Shown piece by piece: positions 1 through 10,624 of a stretch of DNA of 64,000 nt. The notes beneath the pieces are model-generated. The model ran no database searches, was not told the DNA's origin, and saw nothing but the letters and a program-made list of their open reading frames with translations. Source of the DNA: Pachysolen tannophilus NRRL Y-2460. Lineage: Eukaryota. The translations under genes were made by a program, and so were the position numbers. The stretch covers positions 670,924 through 734,923 of the forward strand of contig KV454015.1 of assembly GCA_001661245.1 (NCBI GenBank), read 5' to 3'. Within the stretch, counting starts at the first letter, position 1. Each line of letters opens with the position of its first letter.

Positions 1-52
<52 letters not shown>
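1..52. repeat. poly(A) tract at window start
   Basis: Uninterrupted A run. Confidence 0.95.
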
Positions 53-53
<1 letters not shown>

Positions 54-379
54 GGAAATTGGTGTTATGGAACACGACTAAATGGGGATTTGAGTTTGGT
101 CGTTTGGTTTGTGCCAAAAAAATCAAAAAAAAAAGACGTTTTGCTGCTTCGGTGCACGACTGGTTTGAGATCTTTTAAAACTTAAACATATTAGGTAGTC
201 CTACACGACTGATAGATATAATTTTATAACTATGGTTATTTAAAAAAAGTTAACATTTAACATATAAATGACACGTTAAAAAAGTTTTTTTTTTTTTTTT
301 TTCTCATTTCGAGATGGCAGATAATGTCCCAATTATGTTTTTTCCAGCTAAATTTCTCAATTTTTCAACAACTTCTTAA

Positions 380-425
<46 letters not shown>

Positions 426-450
426 TTATTCATTAGTATAGTAATCCATT

Positions 451-913
451 ATGAAACGTTTTGGCGGTAAGCCCTTAAAGTTGCCCTCCACTTTTTTAAA
501 CACAAGGGTGATAAGAGATCATTTTAAAAGACAACAAGCTGCTGAACATGAAGTTACTAGAAATGCTTTAAAATTTATTGCAAGAAATACACTGTTACCA
601 GCAAGAGCAAGATTAGAAGCTCAGTTACAATTAACTACAATGCCTCATTATACAAGAATGAACCAGATAAGTAACAGGTGTGTGGATTCTGGTAGGGGGA
701 AAGGTATCTTGAGAGATTTCAGACTTTGTAGAGTAAGTATAAGTATATTTAGTATACCGTGTATGCTGTAGTGCACGCACAAATTTTTTAACAGTACTAC
801 TCAAGTTAACCACAATTTACTAACATATTTTTTTTTTTTGTTTATTGCAGTATCAATTCAGAGAACAAGCTTTAAGTGGTGTTTTACCAGGTGTCAAGAA
901 AGGTATATGGTAA
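451..913 (+). CDS. MRP2: Mitochondrial ribosomal protein uS14m; exons 451-732, 851-913
   Basis: NRCVDSG..RDFRLCR|YQFREQALSGVLPGVKKGIW* after splicing; donor GTAAGT 733, TACTAAC 818-824, acceptor CAG 848-850. Confidence 0.93.
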
Positions 914-1467
914 TCTTTAATAACATTTAAACCTGTATATATATATATATTTCAATTGTCAAATAGAAATCTCTTTTATAATTTATAATTTATAATTTAT
1001 AATTATAATAAAATAGTGGAAAAAGGAGGTCGTGTATGATAATTTTAAAGTGTCCGAAAAGAGTAAAATGTTTTTTTAATAATAGTAAATTGAAATCAAC
1101 GTATTTAACTAACACTAAGAGTAAATGATATTGTTATTTAATTAATTTAGTTCTTGAGCTCTTTTTCATCAATAAGTTAAAATCCAATTTTCCATTGGAA
1201 TTGTGATTCTGTGGGTTTGATTTTCATTCTTCCATTTTTTTTTTTTTTTTTTTTTGCTTTTTTTTTATTGGTATTTTTTTTTGGTAATCTATACCGTTCC
1301 ATATGCTAAGCGGCTCTTATTTCTTTCTTTTCCCTTTTTGTTTATTGCGTGAAAAGAACGGAAGATCTGATTTAAAATAATATAATATATCAAATTATTA
1401 AAATTCACATGAATATTACATATAAAGGGTTTGATTATAAATAGCTTCAAAGTTGAGTGTTTTTTTT

Positions 1468-1505
<38 letters not shown>

Positions 1506-1554
1506 TATTCAACTAAGATCAAAATTTTTTTTCCCTCTTCCTCCCCCTAAAAAA

Positions 1555-4256
1555 ATGGCTTCATCACGTCACTCCAATGATGATAATGATAATGATAATG
1601 ACAAAAAAAAAAGTTGCGGTACTTCTAAATCATCTTCATCAAAATTGAAATCGAAATCGAAGTCAAAATCTTCTTCTTCAACACAACGCTCACCACGTCT
1701 TTTGAAAAATTCTTGCCGTTCTTCTCAATCCAAAAATAATCAAATACGCAAGAATCTGTTACCCAAGAAAGTTAAAAAGCAAAATGAAATTAAGATTAAA
1801 TCTACATGTAAAGAAAATGATTCAAATATAAAATTTAATGAAACAGGATTTTTTGATAAAGATATGAAACCTGTAAAATTATGGTTATTAGCGGGATTAT
1901 ATTCAAAACCAGTTCGTTCGATTTATAAAAAAAAAATTCAAAATTTATTTTCCCATTACCAATGAATGATAGTTTGAAAATTGAAAAAGAATTTAAAATT
2001 CCTTATAATATTTTTTGTCCAAGTAATGGGAATTATAAAGTTGTTAAATGGAAACCTTTAAAAAAAAATATTTGGTTAAATCCTGATCAACGTTCAAAAT
2101 TATTAAAACAAATTAAACAATGTAAAGATGATAACGTTAAATGTGATTGTCAAGGTAGAAAATGTGAAGAAAATTGTTTTAATAAAATTTTACAAATTGA
2201 ATGTGATCAAAATGTTTGTGGTACTGGTAATGATGATAATTATGATTGTGGTAATAGAAATTTTACTAATGCTCTTAAAAAAAATTCTTTAAATAGTAGT
2301 TATGCTAAAGGAGTTGAAGTTGTAAATGCAGGTAATAAAGGTAATGGATTAAGAGCAATTAGAGAATATAAACCACATTCTTTTATAGTGGAATATACTG
2401 GTGAAGTAATGGATCAAAATGAAGTTGAACGCAGATTAAATGATTTATATCATGGAGGACTGAAAAATCATTTTTTCTTTTTAAATTTAGAAAAAGGTTT
2501 TTCAATAGATTCAGGTATAAAAGGATCAGTTGCACGTTTTGTAAATCATTCTTGTGAACCAAACGCAGAAATGCAAAAATGGATAGTTCATGGAGAACCT
2601 AGAGTAGGACTCTTTGCTGGACCAAAGGGAATTCAACTGGGTGATGAAATAACTTATCATTACAATTTCGAATGGTTCCCCGATGCTGTACCTCAACCTT
2701 GTTATTGCGGATCTTCTAAATGTAGCGGATTTATTGGCAAAAGATCAGACTTAGCTAATTCATATCAAAATTCCCCATCATCTTCAGTTGAATTGACTCC
2801 GGAACCACCAAAATCTAAGAGAAAATTAAACAATGATACATCTCTGTGCAAAATATCAAGCAAAAAATACAAAAGAAATATTAAAAATAATGAAAATTCT
2901 TTACCTATTATATCATCATCCATACGAACTAAAAAATTGTCATCTCAAGACCCGGCAGATTCCAAAGCAGATTTTAAAGCAGAGTCCAAAGAAAATTATG
3001 CATCTAGAAAATTACTTGGAAAATCTACTGTTAATGACAAAACAACAACAGATTTAAATCCTTATGATATTCCTTTATCACAAAAAACTACTAGAAATCG
3101 CCGACGTCATGAAAATAACAGGGATTTCTTAGAAATAACTGCTTCAATGCCACCACATATACTGAAATTACTTTCAATCAATATGGCACCTCCTGGATCT
3201 CAAATTGATGTGGTTTCTGAAGTACTTGCCAAATTGGCTGCAGATTCTGTCTCCAAACCGGAATCTTGTAGTACTTCTAGACCAAGGACCAGAGGAGCTC
3301 AAAGTACTGCTGCAATAACTGCAGGTATTCCATTGAGATATTTGAAAGCTAGTGGTAAGAATAAAGAGGAAAACATAGAAAGAAGTTTAGAAGATGAATC
3401 TACCGTTAAGAGAGATCAAAAGAGATCATTACCAAACGTAGAATCAGATCTAAAATTAACAAAGACAAAACGGAAAACAATAACAAAGCCAAAATCATCA
3501 AAGGAAAATAACGGGCGAGTAGTTAAAGAAAAATTGGACCAAGAATTTGAAAAAATGATAAAATCAACTTCTAATTCTAAAATATCTAAATTGTTAACTA
3601 GTTTATCCATAGATGATAAAATTCCAAAAGTTTTAGCTAAAGGCGAAAAACGATTATCTAGGGTTTCAAATACTGATGACGTGCTGTCAGTTAAGAAAAC
3701 TGTAAAATCAAAGTTAAATAATAGAAAAAATTTTTCTTTGAAAAAGCAAAAAAATGTAAAGGCTGCTTTACTCAAGGTGAAAGACAAACATGATAAAGAA
3801 GAAGAAAAAGAAGAAGAAGAGGTAGAAAATGAGAAGCTTTTACCGGTAACATTTGATAGCGAAATATCAAAGAATGCCGATGAGAAAAAGCATGAAACTG
3901 AAAGCGTTTCTGCCACTCGCCAAGTTTACGTTAAATTTTTTGACCATGACACATATCCTACAGAGAATGGCTCAAGAAGTCATAATACTGAAGATGAGAG
4001 CAGTTACAGAAAATGTATTAATTATCCCACTGAAGAATTTAAAACTATGGAGTCACACCGTTTTGTAACTACAGAGCAAAATCTGATTCCTCCAGTTCCA
4101 GAAGTGAAAATACCTTTTCAAGCTCTTGTTGCAAATTTTAAAGCCGAGACTCTACATCGAAACGAAATAACACTAGATTCGCTCCAACTGCTGGATAATG
4201 GCATAGATGAAAAATCAACAGTTGTCACAACCCAAGTATCACACGTCGAAAGGTAG
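1555..4256 (+). CDS. AWS-SET-postSET histone lysine methyltransferase, ASH1-like (H3K36 type); apparent frameshift at A10 run 1927-1936
   Basis: AWS Cys cluster, GxGLRA, EYTGEV, ARFVNHSCEPN, EITYHYNF, post-SET CYCGSSKCSG; ORFs 1555-1965 and 1962-4256 join with one extra A (WLLAGLY..NSKFIFPLPM); no WW/SRI domain visible. Confidence 0.8.
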
Positions 4257-4728
4257 TAACTTACGAATTGCAATCATAAACTGACATTTTATCAAATAAT
4301 TTTAATAACATTTATATATAAAAACTTTCGTTTATTTGTTGTATTTTTAGAATTTCAATTTAATTTTTTTCTTTTCCCATTTTAACATGAACTTAGGCTT
4401 ATTTATTATAGTTTTATCAAACGTTTCTCTTTCATCTTGTTCATCTAAAACTAATGAAATATCAAGCTTGGCTTGATGTCGTTCACCCCCTTTTTTGCTC
4501 GCTTTTATGGCTTCCAGAAAAGGGGTAACGGTTTGATTATGGTACACTTTTTTTCTTGAATAAAAATGGTGAAAATTTATAATTATAAAAACCTCATCAA
4601 GGGAAGAGATATAATCGAAATAATAAAAGCAATATTTATTGGCCTGAGAGAGCTAAGATTATTGAATCAAAGTGTTGATTTTGTTGAAAAGGAAAATATA
4701 GGAAAGTCAAAATAAGAAATAAACTGAA

Positions 4729-5253
4729 ATGTTTAAATCAGTAGGAGTGTCTGGGATTTGTAAGCAGAATCAAAATTTTTTAAGATTATCAACTGGTTTT
4801 ACAGGTCAAAGATCATTATCTTTAAAATCCTTATCCTTCCGTCCATTTTTGGACTCGTTTAAATTAATTCCACAACCAGCAGGTCATGTTGTTGGTTCTC
4901 TAAATGATCCTTTTGTGCCTCCGCTGGCAGATCACGTTCATGGTTCATATCACTGGACTTATGATAGGTTAATGACCGTTGCTATGATACCATTATCGAT
5001 GACTCCATTTATAAGCGGTATAGCTCATCCGATTATTGATGCGGGTCTTTGTTCACTTTTGTTACTTCATTGCAAAGCAGGATTTGAAAGCTGCATAGTT
5101 GATTATATTCCAAAAAGAGTTTATGGAATATGGCATAATATTGCTATGAGGTTATTGCAGTTGGGTAGCTGGATAAGTTTATACGGAATCTATGTTTTAG
5201 AAACAGAAAGCAATGGAATGTTTGAATTTATTTCTAGTATTTGGGGTGCTTGA
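4729..5253 (+). CDS. SDH4: Succinate dehydrogenase membrane anchor CybS (Sdh4/Shh4/Tim18 family)
   Basis: HGSYHWTYDR, HCKAGFESCIVDYIPKRVYG; basic presequence-like N-terminus; which paralogue is uncertain. Confidence 0.8.
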   Translation: MFKSVGVSGICKQNQNFLRLSTGFTGQRSLSLKSLSFRPFLDSFKLIPQPAGHVVGSLNDPFVPPLADHVHGSYHWTYDRLMTVAMIPLSMTPFISGIAHPIIDAGLCSLLLLHCKAGFESCIVDYIPKRVYGIWHNIAMRLLQLGSWISLYGIYVLETESNGMFEFISSIWGA

Positions 5254-5359
5254 GTTGATTGTAAATAACTGTATATATATATAGATAGTTTCTATAAAGA
5301 GTTTTATCGCTAATAAAAAAAAAATTCATATTGTATTACAATTAAAAATATCAGTAGGC

Positions 5360-6733
5360 TCAAGTTGTTTTATCTCTATTATCCTCAAGGTCCCATTCGA
5401 TTGTTGGCAATGATTCCGGTGATTTCGACCTCTCAGATTTGTAGGAGTTTTCACTATTAAAGGCAGATCTTTCTTTAGTGTTAATTCTTTTATCAGTAGA
5501 AAACCTGCGTGCTGCTTTGGGTTTGCTATACCTATCTCTTAAACTGAAATCCCCTCTATAGCCACCACGACCACGGTTGCCTCCTCTGAAGCTACCTCTA
5601 TTAGTTTTCGGAATATATACGCTTCTTTCTATGTATCTACTTTTATTTCCAGCAGACTCATTTACATAGGAATCTTTGATAAGCTTTTCTGTAGTAGACA
5701 CAAAATGACTTTCAGTATGACTGGAAAAATTCAGTTGAGGATTCTTTGGGGATTCAAATTCAGAATTTCGTGAATCATGGAATTGCGATTGCAGTTTCGA
5801 TTTCCCTCCACTCTTGTCCTTCCCAGGGACATAAGAAGACGATAAGCTTCGATCATTTCCAAATCTATCGTTTCTATTAAATCTATGAGTATAATTGTAA
5901 CTTCCTGGCCAATTTCCTCTCACAGTTTTACTATAAAATTTGCCATTACCTCTAAAAGAACCACGGGTTGGACCTCTTCTTCTATCTATGAAAAAGTTAT
6001 TTGTCTTGTGTTCAATATCACTATAATTAACCATCTTATGTTTGGCAATAATTTTACCCAGATGTTTTTCATAATCAAATTTCCATATTGCATTTGTAGG
6101 TCCATTTTCTTCTTGATCAATACAAAATTGTACAATTTTGTACGAAATATAATCAATAAATAACCTTTTTCTCTTGATTACATTACCATTTTCATCAACC
6201 TCTTCTTTTCTTTCCAATTCATCGTCAACTAAGGGAAAAATTCTACCATTTAAATCATTTCTTATAGCTTTAGCACCTTCTATCTCCGAGACAAGAACAA
6301 TTGAATGTGTTCTCTTTGGATTTAACCAAGCTCTTTCTATAAATGCATTACCTTTCTTCACACTTCTTTCCAACATATCTTGCAACATCTTATTATCAAA
6401 AGGTGATGTTAAATTGCCTATAAGTAAAGCTCTAGTTGGTATATAATGTGGTTCCTCAGTTATTTCATATGTAACGTCAGTAGAAATAGATTTATGAGAT
6501 ACCAAAGGTTCATGTTGCAGATGCATTGAACCCTCCAGAACCACAAGATTTATTTCCAGTTGCAGCTCTTCTTTCAGTCTTCTACTTGTTTCATCTGTTG
6601 GCAATTTATCATCCTGTCGTTCTTGTTCTTGTTCTTGTTGTTGTTCTGACATGCTCAAATTTGTGCTTTGAGCATGTGATGACTCAAATTCCTCATCATT
6701 AGGATGCAATGACTTTTCCTGTAAATCACTCAT
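5360..6733 (-). CDS. RRM protein resembling Acinus, with RG-rich tail
   Basis: PTRALLIGNLTSPF..AWLNPKRTHSIV..AKAIRNDLNGRIFP..LFIDY resembles the Acinus-type RRM; RGG repeats; first ATG 6733. Confidence 0.65.
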   Translation of the reverse strand: MSDLQEKSLHPNDEEFESSHAQSTNLSMSEQQQEQEQERQDDKLPTDETSRRLKEELQLEINLVVLEGSMHLQHEPLVSHKSISTDVTYEITEEPHYIPTRALLIGNLTSPFDNKMLQDMLERSVKKGNAFIERAWLNPKRTHSIVLVSEIEGAKAIRNDLNGRIFPLVDDELERKEEVDENGNVIKRKRLFIDYISYKIVQFCIDQEENGPTNAIWKFDYEKHLGKIIAKHKMVNYSDIEHKTNNFFIDRRRGPTRGSFRGNGKFYSKTVRGNWPGSYNYTHRFNRNDRFGNDRSLSSSYVPGKDKSGGKSKLQSQFHDSRNSEFESPKNPQLNFSSHTESHFVSTTEKLIKDSYVNESAGNKSRYIERSVYIPKTNRGSFRGGNRGRGGYRGDFSLRDRYSKPKAARRFSTDKRINTKERSAFNSENSYKSERSKSPESLPTIEWDLEDNRDKTT

Positions 6734-7023
6734 TTCCAACTGAAAAACCAAAATGCAAAAAAAAAAAAAAATTAATTAAAGCTATTTTGGAATTTCTTCA
6801 GCCTTTCAGCTCTTCATTGACACCATATAGTCTCAATTTTTACGTATTTCTTGATCTTTAAATCATCATCAACTCATAATTTCTAAGTCATTTTGAAAAT
6901 TTTTTAACTAGGTATTAAACAATTTGTTGCTACACACGACAAGTTCTAGACAGGAGGTTTGTATTGGAATATGAATATCAAAGAGATGGGTTATAGATAA
7001 TTCTAATTACCCTATATATGTAT

Positions 7024-8550
7024 TTAGGATTTGTTTGGTACCTTTGTAAAGCTCAAGTAGATGACCAGGACCAAGATAAATAAAAGGCATGCTTGTTTTG
7101 TGAAGATTGTTATGTTAAATCTTGTCTTTCTTCTATTTTGTTTGACAAAACTTTTCATATTTGAGATGTAACTTCCTCTATTTATAGTATCATCGTCAAT
7201 CTTTGATTCTTCATCTTTTTCTAGGTATTGTAACAATCTACTGGAAACAGATTTGTTATTGTTGATACCGCTTCCATCTCCATTGTTCTCCAATTGATCA
7301 TAGAAAAAAGGTCTTTTCCTTTGTGTGATAAATGAAACATTGTTTGATTTTAGGAATACAGCAAATATCAAGACTATTATTGTAAGTGCAGCATTCAAGC
7401 AGTATATTATCACTTCGTTATAAGGTTTTGGTAAATAACAAATTGTGTAATCGAAAGTGTGACCTTTTGCATTAGGTTCCTTATGCAAAGATAATAACTG
7501 CACTGCAGGTTTATAAATACCCATTGCCATTGACATTGATTTTATTGTAACTTCTTTGACTTTATGATCTTTATAATTATCAAAAAAATCATGTTCATAT
7601 TCACAATAATCATGATCATCTGCGCTAAAGATCAAATCCGGCTTGATCTTGGTTAAAATTTCCTTTGATAACAAGTTATCCAATACAGTTTGATATTGGA
7701 AACCTTTTGAAATTGGAAATGATTGAGATTCTCTTAAAGCACCACATTTATCACAATCTTCTTTTGGCCTATAAAGAGGAACATGTGTAAACAAGATTCT
7801 TTTCAAATATTTTTCCTCATTATTTATCAGTTCCATAAACAGCCTTGGAGGATTATAAATTTCAGGAATTTCAGTGTTTGATAATGAAAGAGTATCCAAT
7901 AGTATCAACTCATGGTTTTGTCTTATAATTTTAACATTTGTTTCATTGAAATTACGGTGAAATCTCAGGAGAGCTTGCTCAGTTATACCATTTGACCATC
8001 CTATATCGTGATTACCAGGTAAATTTAAAATTAATTCAGCATTGTTTTCCATGATTATTTCTTTGTTCTCCTTAGCTTTTTCCTTAATTTTCTCCTTAAC
8101 TTTCCCTTTCTCCTTTTTCAAAGGCTTACTCTCCTGTCTAAAAATCATATTAAACTTGGCCATTTCATTCTCATAATTCTCCAACGTACTGGATGGGTAA
8201 TCACCTTGAAAATCTAATCTACCATTATCCAAATAATCACCCATAAACAACACCGACTTTGGATTCAATATTTTTTTCAAAGACTTAAAATTCTTATACA
8301 AATACTTATTTGTAGTATGTTGAGTCAACCTCAATAGAAACCCATTACGATTCGCATAAGTATGATTATCTATTAACTGTGGATCTGCAACCAACATTAT
8401 ATTAAAATCAGAACCATCGTCACTAGCATTTGGCCATTTACATTTCTTCAGTGTATATTCAGGTATCAACCTTTCAGTGAAATATATAATCGTTATCCAG
8501 TTAGCTATTAATACTACTAGATGGATATTACTGATACGATAGAGCTTCAT
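7024..8550 (-). CDS. CDC1: Cdc1/PGAP5-family metallophosphoesterase (GPI remodelling)
   Basis: LVADPQLID, MGDYLDNGR, PGNHDIG, THVPLYR, CGALRES, GFQYQT, DDHDYC, SMSMAMGI; terminal TM segments. Confidence 0.82.
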   Translation of the reverse strand: MKLYRISNIHLVVLIANWITIIYFTERLIPEYTLKKCKWPNASDDGSDFNIMLVADPQLIDNHTYANRNGFLLRLTQHTTNKYLYKNFKSLKKILNPKSVLFMGDYLDNGRLDFQGDYPSSTLENYENEMAKFNMIFRQESKPLKKEKGKVKEKIKEKAKENKEIIMENNAELILNLPGNHDIGWSNGITEQALLRFHRNFNETNVKIIRQNHELILLDTLSLSNTEIPEIYNPPRLFMELINNEEKYLKRILFTHVPLYRPKEDCDKCGALRESQSFPISKGFQYQTVLDNLLSKEILTKIKPDLIFSADDHDYCEYEHDFFDNYKDHKVKEVTIKSMSMAMGIYKPAVQLLSLHKEPNAKGHTFDYTICYLPKPYNEVIIYCLNAALTIIVLIFAVFLKSNNVSFITQRKRPFFYDQLENNGDGSGINNNKSVSSRLLQYLEKDEESKIDDDTINRGSYISNMKSFVKQNRRKTRFNITIFTKQACLLFILVLVIYLSFTKVPNKS

Positions 8551-8798
8551 CTTTTATCCATTATAATCCTAATCTAATCTTTCAAAAGTAATTCTGGTAG
8601 TAAAGATATTTATCATTTAATTAATATTAATGTGTGAAAAAAAATAAATAAAAAAGAACTAAAAAAAAAAGGTATAAAAAATTCATGTTTTTCTATACGA
8701 ACAGAAGAAATTGATTCTTACCATAACTAGCTAGTACCAAGCTAAAAGAAGTAAAGTAGAAAAGAGCTAAAAAAGGGGGAAGATTGTTATTAGGCATC

Positions 8799-10448
8799 AT
8801 GGATAGTTATACTGTTTTATTGACTGTGGTGGGCGGAATTGTTATAATATGTTTGGTTTACGATACGGTTTATTTGGAATCATTGAAAGACGTACATGAA
8901 TTGGCATTGAAGGAACAATCTTCGATTTCATCAACCAGGAAAACTGGAGAGTCTGCGATTTATAGATCGATGGATGTTATGCATGGGTTGCCCTTAACGT
9001 TTGGTTTACAAATAAGACATGGGATTTATAAGGTGAGAAATGGGAATTTAAAAGATATTTGGAAACTTGCATTAGAGAATTATAATGAAGATAGAAAGTT
9101 GAGTTATTTTGATGGGAAGGATAAAACTTTGAAATCTTTTAATTTTAAAGAATTAAACGTTAATTTCCAAAAATTGGCTGCTAAGTTTAAAGAATTATCT
9201 TCAATGCCGATAATTGGTATTTATTTACCTGTAGGTAGGATTGAATCATTATCCATAATTTTAACATGTTTTTTCTTTGATGGATTTACTTTGAAAAATT
9301 TCAACAAAATACCATTACGCAAACCTTTAGATGTTGAATTGATTTGTTGTTTGAAATCGGATTTGCCAAAATTTGTCGAGTTGAGTTTTAAAAAAATTAT
9401 TATTGTTGATGATGGTAAGGATGGAAATGATGAAAATGATTATGAGCTCAATACCAATGATATCTTTTTGGTGCATTACTCGGACATAATAAACAATTCA
9501 GCTTTACAAGTATCTTCTTTATCATATGATTATACTTACTCGGAGGAAGAAGATTTCAGAATCCCATTGATAGAAGATATAAATTTTAAAGATATTCAAT
9601 ACTATCAATTGAACTTTGTCTCAACAATAGCATCTTTGATGGCTTCAGTGCCAAGAGAACACTCTTGGAATGAAGAAGACATTATGTTGATTGGTTGTAA
9701 TGAATTTGACACGATTTTACCTTCCCAAAGCTCTGTTTTAACTAATCAGAATTTGATTGTGAAAATTTTATGCGCATTTGTATCAACAATAAATAATATC
9801 ATAGTGATTCCAGAATCACAAATATCTTTTCAAACTATTACCGATTTGAACCCCACTTTGCTATGTTTAACTGAGTCCAAATACCATAGTTTATTAAATC
9901 AGGAAATTAAACCAATGCTATCATCTTCCACTGGTTTGATCAGAAAACAATTTTTTCATAGATCAGCTCTTTTATTCTCTAGAGGTATCTATAGTCAATT
10001 TGGCTCGTTAATAAATTCAGATGTTAGAATTTGTTATTCTTGTAATTTGTTGTCAGAAGAAGCTTTATCAACTGCAGATATTAATATCTTACAAACGGCT
10101 TTTGGTTCTAGGTTTATTGTTGAAACATTCAAAATCCCCGTCTTGGGTCCGATTTTGAAAACTAATTTTTATGATTATAGAATTTTATCCAATGAAATAG
10201 ATAATGTTAATAAGAAATTAAAATTTAGGAAGATGGGAGTTGCTGCAAATTGTTTAGAATTGAAAGTTAAAGACTTCAAAAATTTTCAGAGTGAGAATAA
10301 AGAGGGAGAATTAGTTATTAGAGGTTTCAATATTGGTACTGCTATTGAGAGTAACGACGTTCAAAAAAATAACACCGATGAAGGTTGGATGCCTATTGGA
10401 ATCTATGGTAAATGGGGCGAAGATGGATGCTTTTACGAATACCTTTAG
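8799..10448 (+). CDS. Membrane-anchored, degenerate AMP-binding/acyl-CoA synthetase-like protein
   Basis: N-terminal TM; QSSISSTRKTGESAIYRS..HGLPL..GL; C-terminal ELKVKD..EGELVIRG..GKWGEDGC; first ATG 8799. Confidence 0.6.
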   Translation: MDSYTVLLTVVGGIVIICLVYDTVYLESLKDVHELALKEQSSISSTRKTGESAIYRSMDVMHGLPLTFGLQIRHGIYKVRNGNLKDIWKLALENYNEDRKLSYFDGKDKTLKSFNFKELNVNFQKLAAKFKELSSMPIIGIYLPVGRIESLSIILTCFFFDGFTLKNFNKIPLRKPLDVELICCLKSDLPKFVELSFKKIIIVDDGKDGNDENDYELNTNDIFLVHYSDIINNSALQVSSLSYDYTYSEEEDFRIPLIEDINFKDIQYYQLNFVSTIASLMASVPREHSWNEEDIMLIGCNEFDTILPSQSSVLTNQNLIVKILCAFVSTINNIIVIPESQISFQTITDLNPTLLCLTESKYHSLLNQEIKPMLSSSTGLIRKQFFHRSALLFSRGIYSQFGSLINSDVRICYSCNLLSEEALSTADINILQTAFGSRFIVETFKIPVLGPILKTNFYDYRILSNEIDNVNKKLKFRKMGVAANCLELKVKDFKNFQSENKEGELVIRGFNIGTAIESNDVQKNNTDEGWMPIGIYGKWGEDGCFYEYL

Positions 10449-10624
10449 ATATGTTAACAATACTGTATCAACAACTACCTATATAATATATATAAAATAT
10501 GTATGCTGGTAATCTAAATTATAATGTATAAAAGTTTTCAAATAAGAAAACAAAAAATGTTAAAAAAAAAAAGTATGTATTAAAATTTAACAGAAGGAAT
10601 ATTTTTGGATGCTGGTATAAGCTA

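Noticed and set aside
1453..1554. Poly-Phe N-terminus of the SET ORF and other poly-F/K ORFs (33962-34248, 45305-45505, 60962-61186)
   Set aside because: Translations of intergenic poly(dA:dT) tracts from non-ATG starts.
3416..3916. Antisense and overlapping short ORFs (also 15531-15869, 31821-32153, 36827-37105, 42642-43013)
   Set aside because: Shadow ORFs of low-complexity Lys/Glu/Asp-rich coding sequence on the other strand.
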